A stretch of DNA of 64,000 nt from positions 130,200,001 through 130,264,000 of the forward strand of contig OZ024745.1 of assembly GCA_964016885.1 (NCBI GenBank). The letters run 5' to 3'. The DNA comes from Eledone cirrhosa. Lineage: Eukaryota. Made by a program: the position numbers and the translations under genes. The notes beneath the pieces were generated by a model. The model made no database searches. It worked only from the letters and a program-made list of their open reading frames with translations, and was not told the DNA's origin. This document shows positions 29,833 through 43,321 of the stretch, in pieces. Every line of letters starts with the position of its first letter. Within the stretch, counting starts at the first letter, position 1.

Positions 29833-30738
29833 CCTATTTGTAATCCTTTACCTCTCACATTGTGCGCACACATACACGCACACCTATCTGGAAAGACATA
29901 CACATTTATACACACACTGAAAAGCACGTATAACACAGACAAACATTCGTAAGTGCGCTCTCATACAAACACACAATCTCATACGCCCAAACCCTCCACT
30001 AAGACATAAACACACAAACATCATACACATTCACACAAATGCTATTACGAACCTTCACACTAATAACATACTTGTACAACAGACATACGCCACCCACGCC
30101 CCCACTCCCATGACAATACATAAAGAAACACATGCATAGACTGAATCAGATACACGCATACACCCGTGCACACACACACACAGACTCACCATTATACCCG
30201 CACATACAACACTAACATATATATATATGCCTCTTCAACATACAAATCTACAATCGACAATACGCAGACTCATATAATGCACCACATCCGCTCACACACA
30301 CATATGAGCACCAATGATTGATCCAGACGCTCTACTAACCCTTCTGCATAAATACATGAATAATCCTAGAGAAACGGTTATAAACATCATCTCAAGCTTT
30401 GGGAATGAATTTTGACTCTCTACTCAACCTATAGAGCTATATTCAGGTGTGCATCATGTTAGATATTTGAAAACCCAAATGTTCCGTCTATGGCCGACTT
30501 AATTATTTGATGGGTTTCTTTTGCTAGCATTATGTTGAAGAAGAAATTATCCTTGAACTTGCCAGCAGCAATGACCATCACAATTAATACAGCAGCTTCA
30601 ACAACAGAAATATCTGTATCATCACTGTGCTCAGCAATTTCAGTAACAATATCTGCTGCAATTATTAAAGGAACCACAGACGAAATGTCCACAGAACAGA
30701 TTTGCCAAGTTTCTACAGGCTCCCTTTCTATCGGCAGT

Positions 30739-31018
30739 GGCGACCCATGGCCTAGTGGTAAGAGTGTTGGACTTACAATCATAATGTCTTGGGTTCGAAT
30801 CCTGGGTTGCGTGTTTAGTTCTTGAGCAAAACACTTCATTTCACGTTGCTCTCGTATACTAGCTGAAAATGAGTACCAGTAATAGCTGGGGGCTTAACCC
30901 TGCGATGGACTGGCGTCCTGTCCAGGGGGAGTCTTGTACTCTGAGTCGCTTCACGCCATCCATGAAAGTCGGATAAGCACCGGCCAAATGAACCTTCTGG
31001 CTGAAGAGAGTCTTTAGA
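30739..31018 (+). mobile_element. tRNA-headed SINE of a second family with conserved central domains
   Basis: A box tggcctagtgg, B box ggttcgaatcc, then cttgagcaaaacactt and ccctgcgatggactggcgtcctgtccagggg; related head at 42651. Confidence 0.8.
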
Positions 31019-31556
31019 TTTTTTTTTTCTATCGGCTACCTCCGACCATCCAACGCTATGTCTATGTTATCCTTTCTGAAACCCACAGGGGCTGTTGAGA
31101 GAGATATTCTTATTTTGTGCATGTATTGTTAGTTTTTATTTGTTTAGAAACGAACATTTGAAGTGATGTCTGTCACAACTCCACTCATACTGTTGCAGAA
31201 TATCTTCTTAACATCAAAAATATTGATTTTATTTTTATTTCAATAAAATAACTGATTGACATAATGAAAATGGACAGCATATCAATGGTGGTGCCCCAGC
31301 ATGGCCTCAGCCTGTCGGATACAACACGAAGTAAGGTAATAGCATTCTATTCAAATATAGACAATATTTCCTAAAACATAATATATAGAATATATGAAAA
31401 TAAATATCAAAAGAAATAAGCACCTCGATCTAATTACACGTGTTCATAATTAAAGGTGTATAAAAAGGTAATGTATCAAATGAACGATTCGCTAGCAATC
31501 TAAGATCTAATAACACGAAATTATTAACAATAAACACACACACACACACACACACG

Positions 31557-31598
<42 letters not shown>

Positions 31599-31664
31599 TA
31601 TACATATATATATATACATATATATATATGTATATATATAGATATAGATATATATATGTATATA

Positions 31665-31831
<167 letters not shown>

Positions 31832-33490
31832 TATTCTGGATATAGAATAAAACATATTCAAGCTTGAAAAAAATGTCTGAACGCCTTAATTTTGTATTAT
31901 CAACGTATATATAGAAATTATATTCGATTCGGAAAGTGATCAATAAATCGAATAAATGCGATTGAAAATATATCATCTCATTTATATTATGAGCAGTATT
32001 GTGATGTTTCGATTTTATTGGTAAAAACCTGTCTTCACACTTGATGTTATCCTATTAAGTCGATATCTTCATCAGAAATTATCTACTAAGCTAACGAGTT
32101 AAGCTTCACAGTGAAGAGGGGAAAATAACATAGGTTAGTGAAACATTTCTGAGCCCTTGCTTTAAAAAAAGGGCAAATTATATCAGGATAAGATAATCTT
32201 TCCAGATCATTTTATCTTTACTGATGTTTATCCCATATTTTAGTTTGTCTGAATTTACGGAAATACCTATAAATTTTTCGATTTATACCTTCACAATCTG
32301 ATATTTATGGTGAATAATGACTAGATTATTCAAGTGCACACACAAAAACATGAACACAAACAGACAGACACATGTTTATAGAGGTTGTCATGTATGAAAT
32401 TTGTAGAAATTTGTAGAAAGGAAAGATATTTCTTCAAATCTCATACCTGACAAACCAATATATATTGCTTTTCTTACTTACGTCCCTCTTTAAAAATGGT
32501 GGAACTTAATGTCGTTTTGATATATATCTAGAACAAGTCTTTATACATTTCCAAATATGTTACTAGTGCACATTTTATGAGCTTTGAAGTAAAAGCTTAC
32601 ATTAACTGTGTTTCTGTGTCACTTACATTGATGCTTTTGAACTGTAAATTTGTCACTCCAGTAATAGATGTCCAATAGATAGACTGGAATGTTCTCAATG
32701 TTTTGGTTATAGAAGAGTGATGAAAGTACTTGTCATCTCATAGCATAATGGGAACATACTAAATAGAGGTAACCTGAATTTAACTGAGTTATATGTGTTA
32801 TAAGTGTTGATGTGGCAGTGACGTCGCTGCTTTCAGTGGCAAATGCTATGCTCCGAGTGGTTAAGGGCGCTCACTCAACCTACACAATACTTGATAATCA
32901 TTTACTTTATCTAGATCAGCCATGTAGTATTTGCAGTGGAAGAATAAAGAGAAAGTATAAAAAATAAGTATAAGATGAGGAGACAAGAAATAAGAGTAAA
33001 AATCTAAAGGATAAAAGGAAGTTATTGAAATAAACAAAGGAATGGTGAAAAGGGAGACGTAGAAATTAAATTATAGAAGTAAAGTTGGAAGATAGAATAA
33101 AAATTTGAAGTAAGAGACATTAAGGAAATAGAATAAAGAATGCATTATAAAGGACAGAGAGATAGGTAGAGAGTGAAAGTAAGAGAGAGTGGGAGAGAGA
33201 AGAAAAGACGAGAGAGAGTGAGAGTGAGACAGAGGAGAAAGAGGGAAGGGAGTCGAGGAGAGATACAGACAGCAAGAAAGAGAAAGTTCAGAAAGAAAGA
33301 CATACTAAGTGGTAAAATGATGAATGAAACTGCGGATTATCGACACACGTACATTGGCAGGCATGTGTGCACACAAAACACATATATGCTTACACGTACG
33401 CAGTAATCTACATACATATATATATATATGTATATATATATGTATATACATACATTTATATATATATATATATATATATATACATACATT

Positions 33491-33524
<34 letters not shown>

Positions 33525-33525
<1 letters not shown>

Positions 33526-33818
33526 GCCACCAGGCTTACGTCGTATACAGACTAGAGTGTGACAAATGCAACAACTTCTACGTAGGTAGCACCATCAGAC
33601 CACTCCACATAAGAATAAAAGAACACCTCAATACTAACGCTTCCTCATTTAAGAAACACTTAGTTAAATGCAAAATCACCGACAAAACCATAACAGTTAG
33701 GATAGAAACTAAGGAAAGAAACCTCGGCAATCTTAGAATTAAGGAAGCACTAATTATAGATAAAACACAACCACCAATCAATAATAGACTAGAACTCAAC
33801 ACCCAATTTATAACCTGA
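33525..33818 (+). pseudogene. 5'-truncated PLE GIY-YIG endonuclease with CCHH motif (uninterrupted frame)
   Basis: [29 protein letters not shown]...KKHL...LRIKEALII...PPINN: GIY-YIG residues plus the CxxC..H..H motif of canonical PLEs; begins abruptly at (TA)n. Confidence 0.9.
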
Positions 33819-34191
33819 TAGGGCTTCTAGCCCCATATTTACACACCCCACACACACACACGCTTACACCTCCACTTATTCTCTCTCACACATACACACA
33901 CAAAACCAGTTCTAACACCAGATAACACCTATCCCCACATTTACGAATAGACTTATCTGCTCACACTCACACACACACACTCACATATTTACACCTTCAT
34001 GCATTCCCCCACACACTTAAACAGGCATGTATATAAAAAACAAAAAAAACAAACCCCTTTTAAAGGGAGACTACTCTTTATACACTTAATTTTAATTCTT
34101 TGACATTAGAGATAGAACAGATACTCTATACTATTTCCTGTCAGCATGGCTCGGCAAGCTAGTTAGAACACTGGATTGAAACATTTATTTC

Positions 34192-34226
34192 CCTCTGAAG
34201 AAGAGATATTATCTCGAAAATTAAGG
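34192..34226 (+). ncRNA. Minimal type I hammerhead in the pseudo-LTR downstream of the GIY-YIG fragment
   Basis: cct-CTGAAGA-agagatattatctc-GAAA-atTA-agg; stem III is only the AATT palindrome. The element runs to ~34388. Confidence 0.75.
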
Positions 34227-34441
34227 ACATTTAAATAAATCTAAGGTAAAAGACGAATTGTCAACAATATCTTTTGCAATTGCATTCTTTTTTCTATGTC
34301 CATACCTGCATTGTTTTGGCTTTATTATACATATTCAAACGTTTATGCCTCATTACACAATGCTTCAAGTGAACTATAACCTCCTCCATATATATATATA
34401 TACATACATATATGTACATACATATCTATCTATATATATAT

Positions 34442-35268
<827 letters not shown>

Positions 35269-35877
35269 TGGTGGCTGCCAACTCGTTTTCGAGTACGGCC
35301 ACTACTTTATATCCATGTAGGAGAACCCCTACCGATGCGCTGAACGAGTGTGACTTTTCAGTCCGGCCAGCGACTTGAAAACCCCGGTACAAACACTACA
35401 CATGTGACAATTATTGACACATAGTGCTGGGCCCATGGTGCCATGTGACGACAAGTGCAGAGAGATCTCCAGATATAAAGCAATGCCTGTGCCGTGAAGT
35501 TTTTATAGTGAGCAAAGGCACTGCACAAAGCCAGTCCCACTCTCTTAACCAAGATGATATTTACCAAAAAGAAGAACAAGTCAACATCATTGGATATCAT
35601 CAGGGTTGCAGGTGTGATATCAGAGTTTTCCTTCTCCTAGAATTCTGCCTTGACAAAGGCTAAGGGGTCATCTCTCCCGGTGATTTTGGATGGCCATTGA
35701 CTTTTAAGAGCTCCTTTGCCCTTTGACAGGTTTTGTTTTTAGTCCTGCAGGATGTCCAAAGTCACCCTCCTCACCAAGAAACCTTGGTGGGGTTGCCAGT
35801 TTAGTCGCCAACGACCCGACCATGGGACAGGTTGTACTGGGATACATGTTACCAGTAGCACCAACTGGTGACCTAAC
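35269..35877 (-). mobile_element. RTE-type LINE 5' region with structured leader
   Basis: Minus motif tctaggagaaggaaaactctga, recalled as typical of RTE/BovB 5' UTRs; first 117 nt homologous to 46384-46500. Confidence 0.6.
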
Positions 35878-35880
35878 ATA

Positions 35881-35915
<35 letters not shown>

Positions 35916-36021
35916 CATACATATATATATACATACATATATATATACATACATATATATATACATACATATATATATATACATACATATATATATACAT
36001 ACATATATATATACATACATA

Positions 36022-36076
<55 letters not shown>

Positions 36077-36227
36077 ACACATATACATACATATATATAT
36101 ACATACATATATATATACATACATACATATATATATACATACATATATATATACATACATATATATATACATACATATATACATACATACATATATATAT
36201 ACATACATATATATATACATACATACA

Positions 36228-36261
<34 letters not shown>

Positions 36262-36273
36262 CATATACATACA

Positions 36274-36328
<55 letters not shown>

Positions 36329-36449
36329 ATATATATACATACATACATATATATATACATACATATATATATATACATACATATATATATATACATACAT
36401 ATATATATACATACATATATATATACATACATATATATATACATACATA

Positions 36450-36481
<32 letters not shown>

Positions 36482-36685
36482 GTATTAGTTATACTATTTA
36501 TGGTTATGTAAACACAAAACCTTAAGCAGTTGTAAGTATTTTACACACACCCTAAATAGTGGTAGGCAGTAATGTATTACTACCTTATTACCAGTAAGTT
36601 AAGTAGCTCAATGTAAAAACATCAGATGATTTACAGAGCAGTTATATGAAATATAAGAATCAAAGAACTGTTCAAAACATTATTG

Positions 36686-36732
36686 TGCTTACAGCTGTTT
36701 CCTCCAAACCGAGGTTTGGATTCTTCGGAGCA
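36686..36732 (-). ncRNA. Variant hammerhead ribozyme (CCGAAGA core), 3' pseudo-LTR copy
   Basis: tgct-CCGAAGA-a-tccaaacc-tc-ggtttgga-g-GAAAC-agct-GTA-agca. Confidence 0.8.
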
Positions 36733-38175
36733 ATTTATTAATGCATGGACAGTTATATGACCTCCTTTTCAGCCGAGAGACATACCAATACATATTCAAA
36801 CATTGATACATATTCAAACATTGTGGGTCAACATTCATTACAAAATTTAGAGTGGCAGTACACACTTCGAGATTACATTTATATTAATAGGTACAATCAA
36901 AAATCAAAGATATAGGTTAAAGTACAACATGAAGATAAGTGGTTATATGGTGCAAATGTTATATGTGTGGCACGCATGTGCGTCTTGTTTATATAGTGTG
37001 GCAGAGAGATATGTGTGGTAGAGGCACTTAGGTAGGTAAATAAGAGTGTTAGGTTGGTAGATCTGGTGGCAAAGTCTTTATATGATTGATGTAGTCTGTG
37101 TGTGGAGAAATATTATAAGTATTAAAGATAGTGCAAGCATTAAAAGTGTTATAAGTATTGGAGATGCACAACGCAGGGATGTCAAGTAATTCATGTACTT
37201 CGGCATTTTCATGGTCAAGGGAGTGTATATTTCGATTATATGCCTTTCACATAATCCACGACAATCCAGTTAGAGATCGTAGTCTGGTGTTCTTTAGTTC
37301 GATACAGGAGGTTGTTACGTTTCGAGAGACGCCATTGAATACCGGAAGTGTGTGTGTGGCTAAGGGGAGTTAATGCATGCGGGGAGGTAACTCTGGGGTT
37401 TCTATATCTAGCCATTAAAATGTGTCCCAATATGGACCCTAAATTCTATGGTGAGGTGCACCTTCCAAGAGAGACTTTTAAAGCATAAAGTGCACTAACT
37501 ATAGAGTAGTTTAACTAAATTATGCTGAAGGTGATCATATTATTATTAAGGTGGATTAACCCATCTTAAGGTGCTACAAATGGAAATTATAGATGATGAG
37601 CGAGGATTCTAAATTAATGATCTCTGTGGTTGTAGTCTGCTCATATGACCAGGCGCGGTGATTGCAGGATTGCTTCAGGACCCAATGATCTCTGGTAAGA
37701 TCTGGGTCATCGCTTGCTACATTGGATGTCGAAAGATAATCGTCCCCAGGCAGGCCAAAGGTCAATCCGCAGTCCTCGCGACCCCTCTCTGACCGTCAGA
37801 TCATCCATATACGTACAACCCGCACGGCAGTTGCATTGCATTCACTCACTGCGCTCAGCAGCCCGGTCCTACTGGTCAACAGCGCTACTCGATTAAATCA
37901 TTTTACATCTGTCTAAGGAAGGTGTTTCCTCTGCCCAACACCATCCAACCGATCAATTCATGCTCAAATTACCCTTAGAGCGGTGTAGTGCCGTCCAGGT
38001 GGGTGGATGTTGTCACACCTGCCGTAGAGGTATAAATGGGTATTTTCCCTGCGAAGGGTTCCAGAGGGATGTCGTTGTTTGTGTTATAATGGATCAGCTA
38101 GTGTTGGGTATGTAGTATAGGGTGTGTCTCTGGTGTTTGATGCTAGATGTGGTGTTAGGTTCCAGTCCGACATTG

Positions 38176-40635
38176 CTATATATAGGGCTTAAAGTTTTGG
38201 AAGGAATGTCTGAGGCGGTGTTGGCAAGTTGCAAACACCTCAGATTTTTTGTTAAGTAGGTTACGGTTGGAGAAGATAATATTGTGTGTCTCTAGTATAC
38301 AGAGGTTACAGAATTTATTAGGTGGTTTGTACGAGGTCGCGCTGCCTATCACTTCCCATTTGAGTGTGTATGGTTTATTTTTAGATTTTAGATAGTGTAT
38401 GTAGCTAGAAAGTGAGGTGGAGTTGGCTAGGCTGTGCTTTTTGAACGAGTGGATGTGCGAGTTATATCTAATTTTGAAGCAGTTAGAAGTGGAGCCTACA
38501 TAGGTTTCTGAAGAGTTATTAGTCGTGACTGTGCATGAGTATATGACATCCTTGGTTAGGCATTTTTTATCTAAGGGGCAGGTTCTATTAGCTCTACAGT
38601 TACAATTATTCTGTGCGTTAGTCCGCTGGTTATAATGCAATGCGGAAGTCTGTGTGGTGGATATAGGATTTTGGGTGTTCAGGTTGACAACCCTGGTGTT
38701 ATTACTTATACTAGTGTTATTTCTATTGTTACTGCCGTTGCTATTGTTGCTTGCTACAGTGGTATTTAGAGGGTTTGCATCCCGTTGTGATTTTGTTTGT
38801 TGGAAGTAAGAACTAATTTTACTATTATTGCTGCTAGCTATGTGGTATGCTAAGTTAGGCGTCGTAGAGTATGAGATTTTAATGGTGTTTTTGTTTAAGA
38901 GGTTGTGGTACTTGTGTCCTAGAGGGAAGTTTTTATCTAGTAGTGAGAAGAAAGCCCTAGGTATGTTGGTGGAGACATTTAGGTTGAAAGGAGGGTTGAA
39001 AAATGTATTATTTCTTCTTCTATTTTTGCTTTTAGTGTTTGGTGTGTTGCTTCTTCCTAAGGCCTCACAGTAGTTTCCATGGTAATGGTTACTTCCGGTG
39101 GCACCCTCCGCTTTGGTGTACTTGTGGTTGCTATTCCTATTATTAGATTTCCTCATGGACATGTTGTGCGAGATGATGTTGTAGCTATGTGTTTTCTTAG
39201 GTAGGAACTCTATTTCTATATTATGGCCGGAGCTAGCTAATGCTTGATTGTAATATTGTGAGTTTTTGCTAAATATGTTTGCGTCATAGGACAGACTAGA
39301 GATTCTATTGGACACCCCCTTAGAGATAGAGTTTAATATTGATCTAGGGTGATTAGACTTGGTATCTACGTAAATAAGTTTCTCATTAGGCTTATGGAAA
39401 GGTGTATATATTTTTGAGTCTAGGTATAGTGTGGCGTCTAGGAAGTTAACATTTTTAGTGTTTTTGTCCATGGTGATACTAAGGTTAAAGTTTTTGAATG
39501 TCTTATGCAGTTGTTTTCTAGTTCTTTCTATATTAAATTTTTTATATTCTATGAGTAGAAGTGCATCATCGCGGTACAAACCACCGTTGAGGTAAGGGAG
39601 GTCTTTATGGATTTCATTGAGGAGGTATAGGCCGACCAAATCAGTGACCTGCGCCGAGTCACTAGATCCCATGGTTATGTCGAAGTTGTTGTGCGTATCC
39701 TTGCGTGTCCATAGTTGGTCCTCGAAGGTGATTATGGTTTTACGGGCCGCAAGGATGACATCAACCTGGGCTCTAGTCAGGTCGCTATTGGTCATGGCCA
39801 TGATAAGTGCCTTATTTAATAGGATAGGGGAAATAGAGGTGTAGTATGAATTGATATCAAATTGAATAAATTTTTTGTTCTTATTATTCTTGATATCCTT
39901 AAACCATTCAATTACTTCACCCGTATTTCCCCATTGTTTAAGGTGTATCTTGTGTTTAATTTGTGGGATGATTTTATCCAAAATCTTCTTGCTGATAATA
40001 CCAATGTCGGACTTGGAAGGGCAGATAAGTCTTATCGTGGGGTTGCTGATGAAGTTCTCCTTATGGTCCTTCAGAGAGAATCTAGGGGGGTTCGGAGTGA
40101 AAGGTTGTGTATGCCTCTGTAGTCCTAGTTTAGACACTATATTATAACCCTCTACATTAATATCTTCTAAGTTTTTCAAGGTGGTTTTTTTGTAGCTTTT
40201 ATGTAGTTCATTATATATAAACTTTCTATAAGTAATATAATCTAGGCTGTATATGTTATTAGTTTTATCTGCGTGTACAATAATTTTATTACTAGTTTTG
40301 AATCCACTAATAGAAGTGTTAAGTTTGTTTAAGAAGGTGTTGCTTCTAATATGGTGCTTATTGTATTTAATGTTCTTAACTAGTTTAACTAGGTCATTTT
40401 CAAAGGAGTTAAGTAGAGTGTTATGAGGGGGGCTTTTAAAGGTTTTAAAGCCGAAGGAGTCAAAATTGTTAGTATTATTCAAGTTGTTAGATTTGTTTCT
40501 ATCATAATGGAATGTCCTCCATCTCACTCTATTGATAAATGAATTTACACTGTTGATCAGCAATTTCTCATATGTATTCCTGGATGGTATTGGTATGTTC
40601 TTGGTTGACATGGGGAGTTGGTCTTTGATTAGCAT
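38176..40635 (-). CDS. PLE polyprotein: reverse transcriptase plus C-terminal GIY-YIG endonuclease (Hydra-clade-like)
   Basis: 819 aa uninterrupted. ADKT, FIQFDINSYYTSI (motif A), TMGSSDS (B), GLYRDD (C), NFLD, SNHP; CNCRxxxxCPLxxKC linker; VIY..YVGST..FKIRY..LE..LN endonuclease without CCHH. Confidence 0.95.
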   Translation of the reverse strand: MLIKDQLPMSTKNIPIPSRNTYEKLLINSVNSFINRVRWRTFHYDRNKSNNLNNTNNFDSFGFKTFKSPPHNTLLNSFENDLVKLVKNIKYNKHHIRSNTFLNKLNTSISGFKTSNKIIVHADKTNNIYSLDYITYRKFIYNELHKSYKKTTLKNLEDINVEGYNIVSKLGLQRHTQPFTPNPPRFSLKDHKENFISNPTIRLICPSKSDIGIISKKILDKIIPQIKHKIHLKQWGNTGEVIEWFKDIKNNKNKKFIQFDINSYYTSISPILLNKALIMAMTNSDLTRAQVDVILAARKTIITFEDQLWTRKDTHNNFDITMGSSDSAQVTDLVGLYLLNEIHKDLPYLNGGLYRDDALLLIEYKKFNIERTRKQLHKTFKNFNLSITMDKNTKNVNFLDATLYLDSKIYTPFHKPNEKLIYVDTKSNHPRSILNSISKGVSNRISSLSYDANIFSKNSQYYNQALASSGHNIEIEFLPKKTHSYNIISHNMSMRKSNNRNSNHKYTKAEGATGSNHYHGNYCEALGRSNTPNTKSKNRRRNNTFFNPPFNLNVSTNIPRAFFSLLDKNFPLGHKYHNLLNKNTIKISYSTTPNLAYHIASSNNSKISSYFQQTKSQRDANPLNTTVASNNSNGSNNRNNTSISNNTRVVNLNTQNPISTTQTSALHYNQRTNAQNNCNCRANRTCPLDKKCLTKDVIYSCTVTTNNSSETYVGSTSNCFKIRYNSHIHSFKKHSLANSTSLSSYIHYLKSKNKPYTLKWEVIGSATSYKPPNKFCNLCILETHNIIFSNRNLLNKKSEVFATCQHRLRHSFQNFKPYI

Positions 40636-40884
40636 ATTGGCAATATTATATGTCAGCTCAACGATATGGAGCAGTTAATAGTATTAGTTATACTATTTAT
40701 GGTTATGTAAACACAAAACCTTAAGCAGTTGTAAGTATTTTACACACACCCTAAATAGTGGTAGGCAGTAATGTATTACTACCTTATTACCAGTAAGTTA
40801 AGTAGCTCAATGTAAAAACATCAGATGATTTACAGAGCAGTTATATGAAATATAAGAATCAAAGAACTGTTCAAAACATTATTG

Positions 40885-40931
40885 TGCTTACAGCTGTTTC
40901 CTCCAAACCGAGGTTTGGATTCTTCGGAGCA
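40885..40931 (-). ncRNA. Variant hammerhead ribozyme, 5' pseudo-LTR copy
   Basis: Identical to 36686-36732, offset 4199 bp. Confidence 0.8.
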
Positions 40932-41624
40932 ATTTATTAATGCATGGACAGTTATATGACCTCCTTTTCAGCCGAGAGACATACCAATACATATTCAAAC
41001 ATTGATACATATTCAAACATTGTGGGTCAACATTCATTACAAAATTTAGAGTGGCAGTACACACTTCGAGATTACATTTATATTAATAGGTACAATCAAA
41101 AATTATGTGAAAGGCATATAATCGAAATATACACTCCCTTGACCATGAAAATGCCGAAGTACATGAATTACTTGACATCCCTGCGTTGTGCATCTCCAAT
41201 ACTTATAACACTTTTAATGCTTGCACTATCTTTAATACTTATAATATTTCTCCACACACAGACTACATCAATCATATAAAGACTTTGCCACCAGATCTAC
41301 CAACCTAACACTCTTATTTACCTACCTAAGTGCCTCTACCACACATATCTCTCTGCCACACTATATAAACAAGACGCACATGCGTGCCACACATATAACA
41401 TTTGCACCATATAACCACTTATCTTCATGTTGTACTTTAACCTATATCTTTGATTTTTGATTGTACCTATTAATATAAATGTAATCTCGAAGTGTGTACT
41501 GCCACTCTAAATTTTGTAATGAATGTTGACCCACAATGTTTGAATATGTATCAATGTTTGAATATGTATTGGTATGTCTCTCGGCTGAAAAGGAGGTCAT
41601 ATAACTGTCCATGCATTAATAAAT

Positions 41625-41671
41625 TGCTCCGAAGAATCCAAACCTCGGTTTGGAGGAAACAGCTGTAAGCA
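41625..41671 (+). ncRNA. Variant hammerhead ribozyme, inverted pseudo-LTR copy
   Basis: tgctccgaagaatccaaacctcggtttggaggaaacagctgtaagca read directly on the plus strand. Confidence 0.8.
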
Positions 41672-42453
41672 CAATAATGTTTTGAACAGTTCTTTGATTC
41701 TTATATTTTATATATATATATATATATACATACATATATATTTATACATATATTTATACATATATATATATACATATATATATACATATATATATATACA
41801 TATATATATATACATATACATATATACATATACATATATATACATATACATATATATACATATACATATATATATATACATATATATATATACATATATA
41901 TACATATACATATATATATATACATATATATATATACATATATATACATATACATATGTATATATACATATATATATATACATATATACATATACATATA
42001 TATATATACATATATATATATACATATATATATATACATATATATATATACATATATACATATACATATATATATATACATATATATATACACATATATA
42101 TATACATATATACATATACATATATATATACACATATATATATACATATATATATACATATATACATACATATACATATATATATACATATATATATACA
42201 TATATATATACATATATATATATACATATATATATTTACATACATATACATATATATATATACATATATATATATACATATATACACATACATATATATA
42301 TAATATATATGTACATATATATATGAATGTATGTATAGTATATCTGGCAATATACCGCATGTCTAATCAAAAACATTTCGAAGACCCTACGCCATCGGTT
42401 CCAAAGCAATGACTATGTCACTCACCTCCCTTCGGTGGAAGCAGGGAGTGCGT

Positions 42454-42495
42454 GGCTCTGATGATCGCCAACCAGCGTAAAACAGACTGTTAGCT
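42454..42495 (+). ncRNA. Degenerate hammerhead motif
   Basis: ggct-CTGATGA-tcgccaaccagcgt-AAAAC-agact-GTT-agct; G12 of GAAA is substituted. Confidence 0.55.
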
Positions 42496-42650
42496 TCTCT
42501 CCCTTCTTCCGCCAAAAAGAAGTAAGTGACACAGTCACCACCCCAAAACCGACAGCGCATGGTCTTCAAAATGCCTCTAATCAAACATACGGCACATTGC
42601 CAAACACACCATACATACATTCATATATACATCGAGGCATATATACATGG

Positions 42651-42792
42651 AAGCACATGGCTTAGTGGTTAGAGCATTGGCCTTTCAATCGAAAGGTTGT
42701 GAGTTAAATTCTCAGACCGGGTGATGTGTTGTTTCCTTGAGCAAGACAATTTATTTCACATTGCTCCAGCTTACTCAGCTGTAGAAATGAGA
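42651..42792 (+). mobile_element. tRNA-headed SINE fragment
   Basis: tggcttagtggttagagc head and ccttgagcaagacaatttatttcacattgctc core, as at 30739. Confidence 0.7.
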
Positions 42793-43321
42793 TGATAGGA
42801 CTGGGGCCCCCATCACTCCACTGCAAAGCGGCCGTGGAGGCGCCATAGCAACATACATACATACATACATACATACATACATACATACATACATACATAC
42901 ATACATACATACATACATAAATAAATACATGCATACATACATACATACATACATACATACATACATACATACATACATACATACATACATACATACATAC
43001 ATCTACATGAAAACAGAAAAGCAGACAAAGGAAGAAAGGGAGGAATGGAAAACGAGAAGAGAGGAAAGAGAAGAAAAAGGGAGATTAAAAAATGAGGACC
43101 TGAATAAAATTTCAATTTATTGAGCAAACTTCAATATTAATATATCCAAAGATAGAAGCACAAAATAGATAAACAAAAATCATCAGGTATTCTTGTTTAA
43201 AATTGATGCCATTTTTCCCTACATTTCTTATCAATTCTTATCTAATCTATTGTTTCATTTTCATCACTGAGCAACGAACTATTCATAGATTAAATCCTGT
43301 AATCAACAGAATATTAAGAGT

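Larger units (their letters stand above)
36479..41708 (-). mobile_element. Full-length Penelope-like retroelement inserted in (TA)n-rich repeat, with direct and inverted pseudo-LTRs
   Basis: 36479-36904 is directly repeated at 40678-41103; 36649-37255 is repeated inverted at 41102-41708; intact ORF between; TA/CA arrays on both flanks. Confidence 0.95.

Noticed and set aside
30739-30810. Genuine tRNA gene
   Set aside because: No clean cloverleaf and it continues into SINE body sequence; likewise the heads at 42651 and ~32845.
40848-41708. Inverted repeat as DNA-transposon TIRs or an assembly artefact
   Set aside because: The arm includes sequence otherwise present only at 36905-37255, joins through 2-nt microhomology and fits known PLE inverted pseudo-LTR structure; long reads would confirm.
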